Below, piece after piece: positions 19,761-30,935 of a stretch of 64,000 nt of DNA. Made by a program: the position numbers and the translations under genes. The stretch comes from an uncultured Chloroflexia bacterium (GTDB taxonomy: Bacteria; Chloroflexota; Limnocylindria; Limnocylindrales; CSP1-4). The first letter of the stretch is position 1; every line of letters begins with the position of its first letter. The stretch covers positions 338,054 through 402,053 of the forward strand of contig CAVQKK010000001.1 in NCBI GenBank assembly GCA_963713095.1, given 5' to 3'. Below the pieces are notes generated by a model. The model was given only the letters and a program-made list of their open reading frames with translations. It did not search any database and was not told the DNA's origin.

Positions 19761-20456
19761 TCAGCGGGGGCTGGCCGACGAAAGCCGATCCGGCCCGGCG
19801 AGCGGTGCGTCGTCGGGAAGGTCGGCGGCAGCGGCGCCCCACTCGTGGGCGTGCGCGTCGGCCGGTCCTGGGGGGCCGTCGTACGGCGGAAGGTCCGCCC
19901 GGGCCGTCGACACGTCGTGGGCGACGCCCGGATCGCCGCTCTCGACCAGGCGGAACGGGATGCCTGCCGCCCCCAGGTCCGCCAGCAGATCGTCGGGCAT
20001 CCGGTCCGAGGCGAGCGCACCGAGGGCGCCCAGGTGCCGGATCGGGACGAGCGCGGGCCAGCCGGGCTGCCCGTGCCACGATGGGCGCGCGATGACGCTG
20101 CGGTCCTCGCCGTGAGCGGCGATCAGGGTGGTAACCGTCTCCGCATCGACCCAGGCGAGCCGGGCCGGCCAGACCAGCGCCGCCTCCGTCTCGGATACCA
20201 GCCGGACCGCCGCCTCGATTCCGCTGACGATCTGGCCGACGGGGCCCCGCACCGGATCCACCGGGTCGACCAGGGTCACCTCCGCGTTGGCCAGCGCCGC
20301 GGCGACCGTTCCGTCGGGGTCGAACGAGCACACCACGACCGGGGTTGCCCCGCCCGACCAGGCGACGCCGGCCATACGCCGGACCGCAGGCGTGCCGTCG
20401 GCGTCGGCGAGCGCCGAGGCAGCGGACGCGGCAAGGATGACGGCGGCGACGGTCAC
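19761..20456 (-). CDS. MobA/MocA-like NTP-transferase-fold protein, degenerate motifs
   Basis: VAAVILAA start, GQIVSGIEAA, GQPGWP, HDVST; lacks canonical G-rich loop and DxP. Confidence 0.7.
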   Translation of the reverse strand: MTVAAVILAASAASALADADGTPAVRRMAGVAWSGGATPVVVCSFDPDGTVAAALANAEVTLVDPVDPVRGPVGQIVSGIEAAVRLVSETEAALVWPARLAWVDAETVTTLIAAHGEDRSVIARPSWHGQPGWPALVPIRHLGALGALASDRMPDDLLADLGAAGIPFRLVESGDPGVAHDVSTARADLPPYDGPPGPADAHAHEWGAAAADLPDDAPLAGPDRLSSASPR

Positions 20457-20473
20457 GCGATCAGCGGCTGCAT
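20453..20473 (-). CDS. Putative leaderless 6-aa micro-ORF MQPLIA
   Basis: TACACT (20480-20485, - strand) 6 nt before its ATG; its TGA overlaps the downstream GTG (GTGA). Confidence 0.4.
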   Translation of the reverse strand: MQPLIA

Positions 20474-23400
20474 CGGGGCAGTGTAGCGAGTCCCCTTCGC
20501 TGCCCTCGGGTGCCACGCCTCTCGGTGGGGGCGAGGCGTGGATCCAGATGCGCCCCCTGGACCTCGCGGACCGGGATCCAGCGGCCCACCGTCTCGAACA
20601 GGCGATCGGGGTTCACGGCTTGCCCAGGTGATCGTTCATGCCCGCGTCGAGGCATGCCCGCCGGTCGTCCGCGAACGCGTTTGCGGTCATGGCCACGATC
20701 GGCGTCGCTCGCGGCCGGGGACGCGGCGGATCCGGCGGGTCGCGTCCAGGCCGTCCATCGACGGCATCTGGACGTCCATCGGGATCAGGTCGTAGTCGGC
20801 TCGGGTTGCCATCTCGACCGCCGACTGGCCGTCAGTGGCGACGTCGACCTCGACCCCGGTCAGGCACAGCAGCTCGGCGGCCACCCGCTGGCTGATCAGA
20901 CTGTCCTCCGGATGGGGCCGCCCTCATCACGAGGCTCCCGAGGGAGGGGGCGTTCGACCGGCGAGAGATCGAGCTCGATCGTGAATGCGCTGCCCCTGCC
21001 GACCTGACTCTCGACGCGGATGGTGCCGCCCATGAGCTCCACCAGCGAGCGGGAGATGGCGAGGCCGAGCCCGGTGCCCCCGTAGCGGCGCGTCGTGGAC
21101 GTGTCGGCCTGCTCGAACGCGCGGAACAGTCGGTCGATGTCGGCCGGCGCGATACCGATGCCCGTGTCGCAGACGGTGAACCGGAGCCCGTACGGACCAC
21201 GCTCCGGCTGGCGCGCCACCGCGACGGTCACCTCGCCCTGGTCGGTGAACTTGAGGGCGTTGCCCACGAGATTGAGCAGCACCTGCCCCAGGCGCAGCCG
21301 TCGCCGTGCAGGATTGACGGGACATCGGGATCCACGCTGATCGCCAGCTCGACACCCTTCTCAGCGGCCCGGACGGCGGCGGTCGCGCGAAGGTTGTCGA
21401 GAACGTCGGCGAGCGCGAAGTCGCTCAGCTCCAGGCCCAGCTTGCCGGTCTCGATCTTGGACAGGTCGAGGATCTCATTGAGCAGCCCCATGAGATGCCG
21501 GGCTGCGTCCGAGACGCCCCCGAGGATCTCGTCCTGGGGGGTGGTCAGCGCCTCGGTCCGTAGCAGGTGGGTGAGCCCGATGATCGCGTTCATCGGCGTC
21601 CGGATCTCGTGGCTCATGTTGGCCAGGAACGTGGACTTGGCGCGGTTCGCGGTCTCCGCCTCTTCCTTCGCCCGGGCCAGCGCAATCTCCGTGCGTCGCC
21701 GGACGACGATCTGCCACAGGTCCTCGCCGATGAGGGCCAGCGCCTCGGCGTCCGAATCGTCGTACGGCCCATCCCTGTTGCCGACCCCGATGACCATCCG
21801 GACGCGATCGGCATCGAACACGGGCGCGCTCATGTGGCGGTGCAGCGGGGGGTGGCCTGCGGGTAGCGTCCGGCTCCCCGATGTCGCCGCCCAGTCGTTG
21901 TGGACGATTGGCCGTCGGAGCCGGGCGCTCTCGGCCCACACGCCGGCCTCGGGCAGCGGCGCGTGGCTCGCGAACACCGACGAGCAGCTCGCGAGGGAGC
22001 CCTCGGAGAACGTGTTGACCTCGATCGTGCCATCGTCGTTGAGGACGTGGACGTAGCCGACCTGGCTCGCGGTCAGCCCGACCGCCGCCTCGACGCCGAC
22101 TCGGAGCAGCTGGTGCTCATCCATCTCGGCCGCGCGCTGGGAGAGATCGAGCATCGCGCGCATGCGGACCTCGCTCAGCGTCAGCTGCCGATTGGCGGCG
22201 GCCAGCTCGGTGGTCCGGGTGGCGACGATCTCCTCGAGGTGCTGTCGGTGGTAGCCGAGCTCGAGCTCGACGGTCTTGCGCTCGGTGATGTCGGCGGCGA
22301 CAGCGATCACCTGGACCTGGTCGCCGATCGTGACCGGCTCCACGGTTACGTCCAGCCATCGGCGTCGCCCGTCCCGGTCGGGCCGAACCCACTCGAACCG
22401 CTGGCGGCCCTCCGCGGCGGCTCGCCTGATCCGGTCGATGGCCTCGGCCGGTGCGTGTGGGGGCTCGGCCGCAAACACGATATCGGGCGTGAGCTCCCGG
22501 ACGTCGGTTGCCCCAACGCGGCGAGCGCGGAGCCGTTGGCCTCCACGATGCGTGCCAGTGTCCGCCTCGTCGGACCGTGATCGAGACATCCGCGGCGTCG
22601 AACACCGTCCGCAGCTTGCGCTGGCTCTGCGATCAGGGCCCCTTGAGCACGCCGCAGCGCAGCCTCGCTCTCTGCCAGCGCCGCCGCGCGCCGCCGGTCC
22701 TCGGTGACGTCGCGCCACACGGAGGCACCGACCGATCGACCCCGGAGCTGCAGGGGCCGGAGGCTGACGTCCACGTCGCGCAGGAAGCCGTCCCTGTCAC
22801 GGTGGCGAGCAGACAGACGAACGGTCCGACTCTGTTGGAGCTCGCGACCGATCTGACCCATGTCGAGGGGCGGGTCGCTGCCGTCGATGTCCTCTACGCG
22901 AAGCCGTGCGAACTCCTCGCGTGTGTAGCCAAGGCCTTCGCAGGCGGCATCGTTGAACTGGAGGAAGCCGCGAGTCTCGGCGTCGATGAGGGCCATCGCA
23001 TCGGCCGACTGGCTGACGATGGCCTCGAACGTCTCCTCCTGCTCTCGAAGCGCCTCCTCGGCGGCCCGCATGGCGGTGATGTCACGCGCGATGCCCAGCA
23101 CGCCGATGAGCGACCCGTCGTCAGCGTACATCGGGGTCTTGATCGTCTCGACGAGCTCGCGGTGGCCGTCGGCGAAGGTCATCCACTCCTCGTAGGTGAT
23201 CGGGCCGCCCGTCTCCACCGCCCTGCGGTCGTTGGCAAGGACGGACGCGATCCGGTCGGGGACCAGCTCCTCGGCCCGGTGGCCGACGATCTCTGCCTCG
23301 GACCGGCCGCGGAGCGCCTCGAACCTCGGGTTGCAGGCGAGGTAGACGCCGTCGGGGTCCTTCAGCCAGACAGGGTCGGGCAGCGTCCGCAGGATCGTCA

Positions 23401-23512
23401 GGAGCCGCGCGCGGTCGAAATCCGTCGATGGCCCCGGCCGGGCGCGCGTCGGGGCGGACGCGGCGGGATCGGTGGCGGCGGGCCGGGCGGCGGTGTTCGG
23501 ACGATCGGGCAT
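20461..23512 (-). pseudogene. Frameshifted hybrid sensor histidine kinase (PAS-PAS-PAS-GAF-HisKA-HATPase-REC)
   Basis: Motifs split across frames: [73 protein letters not shown]; at least 7 frame changes; 3' end approximate. Confidence 0.85.
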
Positions 23513-23720
23513 GACTGAAGGCAGAGACTCTCTGGCTCTGGACTGTATGGGGTCGTCACCTGAGTATGCGCCCTGATCGTCGCCGGCGATGGTCCCTCGG
23601 GTCGCACAGATGGGGGATCGCCGGGGGCCACTCGTGGGCGGTGTGGTCGGCCGGCTGCGATCAGGGCTCGATCCGTCCGCTCGCCGGAATCGGCCCGCAT
23701 GTGCGACACTGCGCCGGCCC

Positions 23721-25685
23721 ATGAGCGACACGCCCGGCTCCGCCATGCCCGCCACCGACACCTCGAGAGCCGCTCGGCCCGTGGACCGAAGCGCGGCCTC
23801 GTCCGCTGTCCGGGACGACCTGCGCAACGTCGCGATCGTGGCCCACGTGGACCACGGCAAGACCACGCTGGTCGACGCGATGCTGCGTCAGACCGGCGTG
23901 TTCCGCGACAACCAGGCGGTAGTGGACCGGGTGATGGACTCGATGGATCTCGAGCGCGAGAAAGGCATCACGATCCTCGCCAAGCAGACGACGATCGAGG
24001 TCGGTGGCGTCCGGCTCAACATCGTGGACACGCCGGGCCACGCGGATTTCGGCGGCGAGGTCGAGCGCAGCCTGCTGATGGTCGACAGCGTGCTGCTGCT
24101 GGTCGATGCGGCCGAGGGACCGCTGCCCCAGACGCGATACGTGCTCCAGAAGGCAATGGCACGCCGGCTGCCGGTGGTCGTGGCGCTCAACAAGATCGAC
24201 CGCTCCGACGCACGCCCGGCCGTGGTGCTCGACGACGTCTACGAGCTGTTCATCGATCTGGGCGCCGACGAGCAGCAGATCGAGTTCCCGGTGGTCTACA
24301 CCAACGCCAAGGCCGGGACCGCGAGCCTGGACCCGGGAACGCCCGGCACCGACCTCCGCCCGCTCCTCGACCTCCTGGTCCGGGTCACGCCGGCGCCCGT
24401 GTTCGAGCCCGGCCACGCGCTCCAGCTGCTGGTCACCAACCTGTCCGCCAACGACTACGTCGGGCGGATGGCCGTCGGGCGGATCCGCAACGGAACCATC
24501 CGCATGGGTCAGCGGATCGCCGTCGTGCGCGAGGAGGCCGACGACGTGACGGGCGAGATCGAGCCCGGCCGCACGATCAGCCTCTCGGGCTCGGTCACCA
24601 GCCTCCAGACCGCCCGTGGGATGGACCGGGTGGACATCGCCGAGGCAGGTCCGGGCGAGATCGTGTCGGTCGCCGGGCTGCCCGAGGTCACGATCGGCGA
24701 CACGATCACCGACCCGTCCGATCCGCGGCCGTTGCCGCGGCTCGACGTCGATGCGCCAACGCTGCGGATGACGTTCGGGGTGAACACCTCGCCGCTCGGC
24801 GGCCGCGACGGGAAGTACGTCACCTCGCGCCAGATCAAGGCGCGGCTCGAGCGCGAGGTGCTGGGCAATGTCTCGATCGAGGTCCACCCGACCGACTCCG
24901 GAGACACGTTCGAGGTCCGGGGCCGCGGCGAGCTCCAGCTGGCGGTCCTGATCGAGCAGATGCGCCGCGAGAGCTACGAGCTGACGGTCAGCCGGCCCGA
25001 GGTGATCCTGCGGACGGTCGATGGCGAGACGCAGGAGCCGTACGAGCGAGTCACGATCGACATCCCGCCCGACTTCATCGGCGAGGTGCAGCAGGCGCTG
25101 GCCGGTCGCAAGGGGCGCCTCGAGCAGATGACCACCGACGCCGACGGCCGGGTGCGGATGGAGTTCGTGCTGCCTGTCCGGGGCCTGATCGGCTATCGGG
25201 GCCAGCTGCTGACGGACACCCGCGGGACCGCGCTGCTGCACCAGATCGGCGAGGGGTATGGACCGTGGGCGGGCGAGGTCACCCACCGGACCAGCGGCGT
25301 CCTGGTCAGTGACCGGGCCGGCACCTCCAACTCGTACGCCCTGTTCAACCTCCAGGACCGCTCGGAGCTGTTGATCGGGTCGGGCGAGGAGGTGTACGAG
25401 GGGATGATCGTCGGCGAGAACGCGCGGTCGGGTGACATGGACGTCAACCCGACCAAGGAGAAGAAGCTCACCAACATCCGGACCCACGCTCACGACGAGG
25501 CGCTCCGGCTCACGCCGCCGCGTCCGCTGACCCTCGAGAGCGCCATCGAGTTCATCGGTGCCGACGAGCTGGTCGAGGTGACCCCGTCCGCCATGCGGCT
25601 GCGAAAGCGGCTGCTCTCGAAGCAGGACCGCGAGCGGGAGCGAGGGCGCGCCTATGAGCGGGCGCGGGCGTCCGAGGGCACGTAG
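23721..25685 (+). CDS. typA: Translational GTPase TypA/BipA
   Basis: AHVDHGKTTLVD, EREKGITI, DTPGHADF, NKID, GRGELQL, YEGMIVG, KKLTNIR. Confidence 0.97.
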   Translation: MSDTPGSAMPATDTSRAARPVDRSAASSAVRDDLRNVAIVAHVDHGKTTLVDAMLRQTGVFRDNQAVVDRVMDSMDLEREKGITILAKQTTIEVGGVRLNIVDTPGHADFGGEVERSLLMVDSVLLLVDAAEGPLPQTRYVLQKAMARRLPVVVALNKIDRSDARPAVVLDDVYELFIDLGADEQQIEFPVVYTNAKAGTASLDPGTPGTDLRPLLDLLVRVTPAPVFEPGHALQLLVTNLSANDYVGRMAVGRIRNGTIRMGQRIAVVREEADDVTGEIEPGRTISLSGSVTSLQTARGMDRVDIAEAGPGEIVSVAGLPEVTIGDTITDPSDPRPLPRLDVDAPTLRMTFGVNTSPLGGRDGKYVTSRQIKARLEREVLGNVSIEVHPTDSGDTFEVRGRGELQLAVLIEQMRRESYELTVSRPEVILRTVDGETQEPYERVTIDIPPDFIGEVQQALAGRKGRLEQMTTDADGRVRMEFVLPVRGLIGYRGQLLTDTRGTALLHQIGEGYGPWAGEVTHRTSGVLVSDRAGTSNSYALFNLQDRSELLIGSGEEVYEGMIVGENARSGDMDVNPTKEKKLTNIRTHAHDEALRLTPPRPLTLESAIEFIGADELVEVTPSAMRLRKRLLSKQDRERERGRAYERARASEGT

Positions 25686-25760
25686 CCTGTCCGGCGCCCG
25701 CCCGCCACCGAGACGCGCATGGGCGGGCCGCTGCGGGGCTCGGACTACAATCGCCGGGCG

Positions 25761-26942
25761 ATGCCGATCTATCTCGACCACGCGGCGACGACCCCGTTGC
25801 GGCCGGAGGTCCGGGACGCGATGCTCCCGTACCTCGGCGCCGTGTTCGGCAACCCATCGTCCGTGCACGCGTTCGGGCGTCAGGCGCGCGAGGCGCTCGA
25901 CGACGCCCATGAACGCCTGGCGGCGGCGATCGGTGGCAGCGCCCGCGAGATCGTGTTCACCAGCGGTGGCACGGAGGCCATCAACCTCGCCATCAAGGGC
26001 GCCGCCTGGGCCGGCCGCGCAAAGGGTCACCGGATCGTCACCACCCCGATCGAGCACCATGCCGTGGGCCACGCGCTGGCCCATCTCGAGAAGTTCGGGT
26101 TCGAGGTCGTGGGGGTTCCTGTCGATCGCTATGGGCGCGTCGATCCGGGCGACGTGGAGCATGCGATCACGGACCGCACGATCCTGGTGTCGGTCATGCT
26201 CGCGAACAACGAGGTCGGCACCATCGAGCCGATCGCCGAGATCGCCGAGGTGGTCCGGGCTCGCCGGGGCACGCTGCTCCATGTCGATGCCGTGCAGGCG
26301 GCAGCGTGGCTGGCCCTGGACGTGGGGACCCTGGGTGCCGATCTGGTGTCGCTGGCGGCGCACAAGCTCGAGGGACCCAAGGGCACGGGCGCGCTCTGGA
26401 TCCGGCGCGGGACGCACATCCTCGCCCAGCAGCATGGCGGCTCGCAGGAGCGGCACCGCCGCGCCGGAACGGAGAACCTGGCCGGCGTCGTGGGGATGGC
26501 CGTTTCGTTCGAGCTGCGGGCCGCCGAGCGTGAGACCCTCGTCCCGGTCGTCCGGGCCCGCCGGGACCGGATGATGGCCGAGCTGGCGGATGTCGAGGGT
26601 GTCGAGCCCACGGGCCACCCCGTCGATCGATTGCCGCACATCGCGTCGCTGATCGTGCCCGGCAACGACGGCGGCTCGATCACGCAGGCGCTCGACCTGG
26701 AGGGGATCGCCGCATCCACCGGATCGGCCTGCACCAGCGGCTCCACCGAGGTGAGCCACGTGCTGGCCGCGATGGGCTACCCGGACGAGGAGGCACGGGG
26801 CGCGGTGCGCCTGAGCCTGGGGCGGACCACGACCGACGCGGAGATCGATGAGGCGGTGCGCGTCGTGGCGGCCGTCATTCGTCGTGCGCAGGCGAGCGGG
26901 CCCGTGACAACTCCGGCCGGATCGCTCGAAGCGGTGACCTGA
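25761..26942 (+). CDS. iscS: Cysteine desulfurase (IscS/NifS class I)
   Basis: YLDHAATTP, TSGGTE, HVDAVQ, AHKLEGPKG PLP lysine, STGSACTSG catalytic Cys; TACAAT 9 nt upstream. Confidence 0.92.
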   Translation: MPIYLDHAATTPLRPEVRDAMLPYLGAVFGNPSSVHAFGRQAREALDDAHERLAAAIGGSAREIVFTSGGTEAINLAIKGAAWAGRAKGHRIVTTPIEHHAVGHALAHLEKFGFEVVGVPVDRYGRVDPGDVEHAITDRTILVSVMLANNEVGTIEPIAEIAEVVRARRGTLLHVDAVQAAAWLALDVGTLGADLVSLAAHKLEGPKGTGALWIRRGTHILAQQHGGSQERHRRAGTENLAGVVGMAVSFELRAAERETLVPVVRARRDRMMAELADVEGVEPTGHPVDRLPHIASLIVPGNDGGSITQALDLEGIAASTGSACTSGSTEVSHVLAAMGYPDEEARGAVRLSLGRTTTDAEIDEAVRVVAAVIRRAQASGPVTTPAGSLEAVT

Positions 26943-27081
26943 GGGCCGGGCCTCCGAGGCCGCGGGGCCCGGGCACGGCGCCCGGGCGCCTGCCGACCTG
27001 CCGAATCGCGAACCTGCGGTACGCTCGCCGGGCCGGCCCGGCGGACCCGCCCCGGCGTGAGCGCTCTGGGAGGGAGGCCGC

Positions 27082-29040
27082 GTGACCGACACGATCAAGC
27101 CCATCGACACTGCCCTGATGGACCCGACCGTCCCGGCCGCGGTGGACTTCTACCGCCGTGCGAACGGCGGCTGGCTGGCCGCCAACCCGGTGCCGCCGGC
27201 CTACGGCGCATGGGGGGCGTTCCACGAGGTCAACGAACGGAACCTCGCGATGCTCCGCCGCCTGCTGGCGGACGCAGCAGATTCCGGTGGTTCCGCAACC
27301 GGCCCGCGCCGGATCGTGGGCGACTACGTCGCAGCGGGCATGGACGAGGCGGCGATCGCCGCCGCGGGTGTCGAGCCCCTGCGCCCGCTCCTCGACGAGG
27401 TCGATGCCGTTGCGACGATCGGCGACCTGCGCGCGGCCGCGGGCGATCTCCAGCGCCACGGCATCGGGGCGCTCTACTCGTTCGCGGTGGCCGCCGACTT
27501 CGAGGATTCCGATGCCTACCTGGCCTATGTCGGGCAAGGCGGCCTGGGGCTGCCCGAGCGCGACTACTACCTTCGGGACGACGAGCGGTCGGACGGCCTG
27601 CGTCGGGCGTACGTCGACCACGTCGCCGCGCAGCTCCACAACCTCGGATCCGGCCCCGACGCGGCGGGACGCGACGCGGCGGCGATCCTCGCGTTCGAGA
27701 CGCGTCTTGCGCAGGCGTCCCTGCCGGTCGAGCAGCTGCGCGACCCGAAGGTGACCATGAACCGGCATGCGGTCAGGGCTCTGGACGCGCTGATGCCGGG
27801 CTTCGGGCTGGCGGCGGCGGTGCGCGAGCTGGGCGTGCCATCGCCGACGGTGAACATCGACAACGCGGCGTTCTTCGATGCGCTCGACGCGGCGCTGACC
27901 GAGACGCCGATCGAGACCCTCCGCGCATACCTTCGCTGGCACGTCGTCCGCACCTGCGCATCGTCGCTGCCACCCGCGTTCGAGGACGAGGCATTCGCCT
28001 TCCACGGCCGGATCCTGGGCGGCCGCAAGGAGATGCACCCTCGCTGGCGTCGCGTCCTGGACGCCGCCGGCAGCGATATCGGCGACCTGGTTGCCCGGCT
28101 CTACGTGGACGCTGCGTTCCCGCCGCAGGCCAAGGCCAGGTGCGAGGAGCTGGTCGGCCACCTGTTGAACGCGATGGGGCGCGCCATTCGCGGCGCCGCC
28201 TGGATGACCGAGCCGACGCGGACCGAGGCGCTTGCGAAGCTCGCGGGGTTCGGCTGCAAGATCGGCTATCCCGACCGGTGGCGCGACTACACCGGCATCG
28301 CGATCGACCGTGGCTCGTTCGCCGGCAACCGCCTGGCGGCATCGGCGTTCGAGCACCAGCGCGTCGTCGGTCGCATGGCCGAGCCGGTGGACAGGGGCGA
28401 GTGGGAGATGCCCGCGCACTCGGTCAACGCCTACTACCATCCGCTGCTCAACGAGATCGTGTTTCCGGCCGGCATCCTGCAGCCTCCGTTCTTCTTTGCC
28501 GAGGCGGACGATGCCGTGGACTACGGGGCCATCGGCACCGTGATCGGTCACGAGATCACCCACGGCTTCGACGACCAGGGGAGCCGGTTCGATGCCGCCG
28601 GGAAGCTCCGCGACTGGTGGACGGCCGAAGACCGCTCCGAGTTCGAGCGACGTGCCCGGGTGGTGGTCGAGCAGTTCAATGGGTTCACCGTGGCCGACGA
28701 CAGCCACGTCAACGGGCAGCTCACGCTGGGCGAGAACATCGCGGACCTGGGCGGCCTCGAGATTGCCTTCGACGCCCTGCGCGAGGCAGGCGGTCTCGAC
28801 GGCCCGCGGATTGACGGGTTCACGCCGGCCCAGCGCTTCTTCCTGGCGTTCGGTTCGACCTGGCGCATGAGCTACACGGAGGAGACCGCGCGGCTGCTGG
28901 TATCGGTGGACCCGCATGCGCCCGCGCACGACCGGGTCAACGGGCCGCTCGCGAACCTGCCGAGCTTCGCCGCCGCATTCGACGTGCCCGACGGCTCACC
29001 GATGGCGCACCCCGCAGCGGTGCGGGCAAAGATCTGGTAG
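27082..29040 (+). CDS. M13 family zinc endopeptidase (PepO/neprilysin-like), no signal peptide
   Basis: [28 protein letters not shown]; GGAGG SD. Confidence 0.95.
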   Translation: MTDTIKPIDTALMDPTVPAAVDFYRRANGGWLAANPVPPAYGAWGAFHEVNERNLAMLRRLLADAADSGGSATGPRRIVGDYVAAGMDEAAIAAAGVEPLRPLLDEVDAVATIGDLRAAAGDLQRHGIGALYSFAVAADFEDSDAYLAYVGQGGLGLPERDYYLRDDERSDGLRRAYVDHVAAQLHNLGSGPDAAGRDAAAILAFETRLAQASLPVEQLRDPKVTMNRHAVRALDALMPGFGLAAAVRELGVPSPTVNIDNAAFFDALDAALTETPIETLRAYLRWHVVRTCASSLPPAFEDEAFAFHGRILGGRKEMHPRWRRVLDAAGSDIGDLVARLYVDAAFPPQAKARCEELVGHLLNAMGRAIRGAAWMTEPTRTEALAKLAGFGCKIGYPDRWRDYTGIAIDRGSFAGNRLAASAFEHQRVVGRMAEPVDRGEWEMPAHSVNAYYHPLLNEIVFPAGILQPPFFFAEADDAVDYGAIGTVIGHEITHGFDDQGSRFDAAGKLRDWWTAEDRSEFERRARVVVEQFNGFTVADDSHVNGQLTLGENIADLGGLEIAFDALREAGGLDGPRIDGFTPAQRFFLAFGSTWRMSYTEETARLLVSVDPHAPAHDRVNGPLANLPSFAAAFDVPDGSPMAHPAAVRAKIW

Positions 29041-29150
29041 CAGCACCGGCTCCTCCGGTTCCACCGTTGCCGGCTCTGATGCCGAGCCATGACCGGGCCG
29101 CCCGGGCGCCGGCATCGAGCGAGTCGGACCCGGGCCGTACAATCCGGCCC

Positions 29151-30368
29151 ATGAGCCGGATCCTGGTCGCCATGTCGGGCGGCGTCGACAGCTCCGTCGC
29201 GGCCGCCCTGCTGCATCAGCAGGGCCACGAGGTCGTCGGCGTGTGGATGCGTCTCCACGACGTGGCCGACAGCTACTCGGCGTTCCGGAAGAGCTGCTGC
29301 TCGGCCGATGCCGCCGACGACGCGCGGCGCGTCGCCGCGCGGCTCGGGATCCCGTTCTACGTCATGAACCTCGAGCGCGAGTTCGCCTCGGGCGTGATCG
29401 AGCCGTTCGTCGCCGCGTACCTCGGCGGGCGCACCCCGAGCCCGTGCGTCGACTGCAACAGCTACGTCAAGTTCGGGGCGCTGCTCGGTCGTGCGCGCCA
29501 GCTGTACCAGTGCGAGGCTGTCGCCACCGGTCACTACGCGCGCCGGCTGGTGGTGGACACGCCCGACGGCCCGCGCGCCCGGCTGGCACGTGCCGCTGAC
29601 GCCGACAAGGACCAGACGTACTTCCTGTACGGTCTGCGCCAGGATCAGCTGTGGCACAGCCGCTTTCCCCTGGGCGACCTGGTCAAGTCCGATGTGCGCG
29701 ACATCGCCCGCGGCCTGGACCTCGTGACCGCGGACAAGCCCGAGAGCCAGGAGATCTGTTTCGTGCCCGGCGGCGACTACCGCGCGGAGCTCCGGTCACG
29801 CGGCAGCTGGAGGCCGGTGAGCGGCCCGGTGTTCGATGCAGACGGCACGCGGGTCGGAGAGCACGGCGGCGCCGCGGGCTTCACGGTAGGGCAGCGCAAG
29901 GGCCTGGGAATCTCGCTGGGCGAGCCACGGTTCGTGTCCCTGATCGACCCCGCGACCAATGCGATCGTGCTCGGTCGACGGGAGGATCTCGAGACGCGAT
30001 ACATCCCGATCGAAGCCGGCACGTTCGTGGCCGGCGAGCCTCCGGCGGGCCGCGATGCGGCCGGCGCCTGGCGACCCTTCCGGGCGCAGGTACGGATCCG
30101 CCACCGCGCGCCGCTGGTCGAGGCGACGGTCCGTGCCGCGAGCGCTGGGGAGCCGGCCCGGGGCGGCAGATGGCTGATCGAGACGGACCGCCCGGTGTGG
30201 GCGATCGCGCCCGGCCAGGCGTGCGCGCTGTATGACGGAGACGCGTGCCTGGGCGGGGGCAGGATCGAGAGTCCCGGCGGGGCAGCGATCGGTGTGGGCG
30301 CGCGGGTAGCCGACGGGGCCACCGTGCAAGGCGGCGGGAACCCGGCCGCCGTGGGGTCTTCCGCGTGA
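29151..30368 (+). CDS. mnmA: tRNA 2-thiouridylase MnmA
   Basis: [47 protein letters not shown]; TACAAT 7 nt upstream. Confidence 0.96.
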   Translation: MSRILVAMSGGVDSSVAAALLHQQGHEVVGVWMRLHDVADSYSAFRKSCCSADAADDARRVAARLGIPFYVMNLEREFASGVIEPFVAAYLGGRTPSPCVDCNSYVKFGALLGRARQLYQCEAVATGHYARRLVVDTPDGPRARLARAADADKDQTYFLYGLRQDQLWHSRFPLGDLVKSDVRDIARGLDLVTADKPESQEICFVPGGDYRAELRSRGSWRPVSGPVFDADGTRVGEHGGAAGFTVGQRKGLGISLGEPRFVSLIDPATNAIVLGRREDLETRYIPIEAGTFVAGEPPAGRDAAGAWRPFRAQVRIRHRAPLVEATVRAASAGEPARGGRWLIETDRPVWAIAPGQACALYDGDACLGGGRIESPGGAAIGVGARVADGATVQGGGNPAAVGSSA

Positions 30369-30646
30369 TCATCGGCCCGGCCCCCGCGCTGGCTCTCCTG
30401 GTCGGGCTCGTCCACACGGCCCTCTACGTGCTGATCCGCGGCGACGCCGGCGGCCGCTTGCCGCTGACCTACCTCGCGGCGTCGCTCGGCGCGTGGGCCG
30501 GCGCGGCGATCGGCGGTCGGCTGGGGATCGAGGTGCTCACCATCGGCGACTTCGGGCTGATCCCGGCGTCGCTCGTCGCCTGGCTCGGGATCGGGATCGT
30601 CGCCATCCTCGCGACCCTGGGACCGCAGTCGCCCAAGGTGCGCTGA
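30365..30646 (+). CDS. Small hydrophobic membrane protein (about 3 TM)
   Basis: GTGA overlap with mnmA stop; almost entirely hydrophobic, 93 aa. Confidence 0.7.
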   Translation: MIIGPAPALALLVGLVHTALYVLIRGDAGGRLPLTYLAASLGAWAGAAIGGRLGIEVLTIGDFGLIPASLVAWLGIGIVAILATLGPQSPKVR

Positions 30647-30649
30647 CCG

Positions 30650-30862
30650 GTGCCTGGCGATCGGGAGCCCGCAACCGACCGCAACCCGGTGCCGGTACCC
30701 CGGCCGCTGGGCGGCCTCGCCGATCTGGCCGAGCTGCTGGGCGGGGACACCCAGCGGTCGCGGCGGTTCCTGGGTGGGCTCGTGGTCGGGGCGCTCGTGG
30801 GGGCCGCCGTCGCCGGCGGCTCGCTGCTCCGCCGGCGGAAGGATCGGCCGACCGAACCCTGA
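30650..30862 (+). CDS. Small protein with a C-terminal Gly-rich TM helix and basic tail
   Basis: RRFLGGLVVGALVGAAVAGGSLLRRRK; fills the gap before alaS. Confidence 0.55.
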   Translation: MPGDREPATDRNPVPVPRPLGGLADLAELLGGDTQRSRRFLGGLVVGALVGAAVAGGSLLRRRKDRPTEP

Positions 30863-30935
30863 CGATGGGGACCCGGAGGCGCCGGCGGTCGTCGCGGGCG
30901 CTGGAGCGCCCGTCCCGTTCGCTACCATTGCCCCG

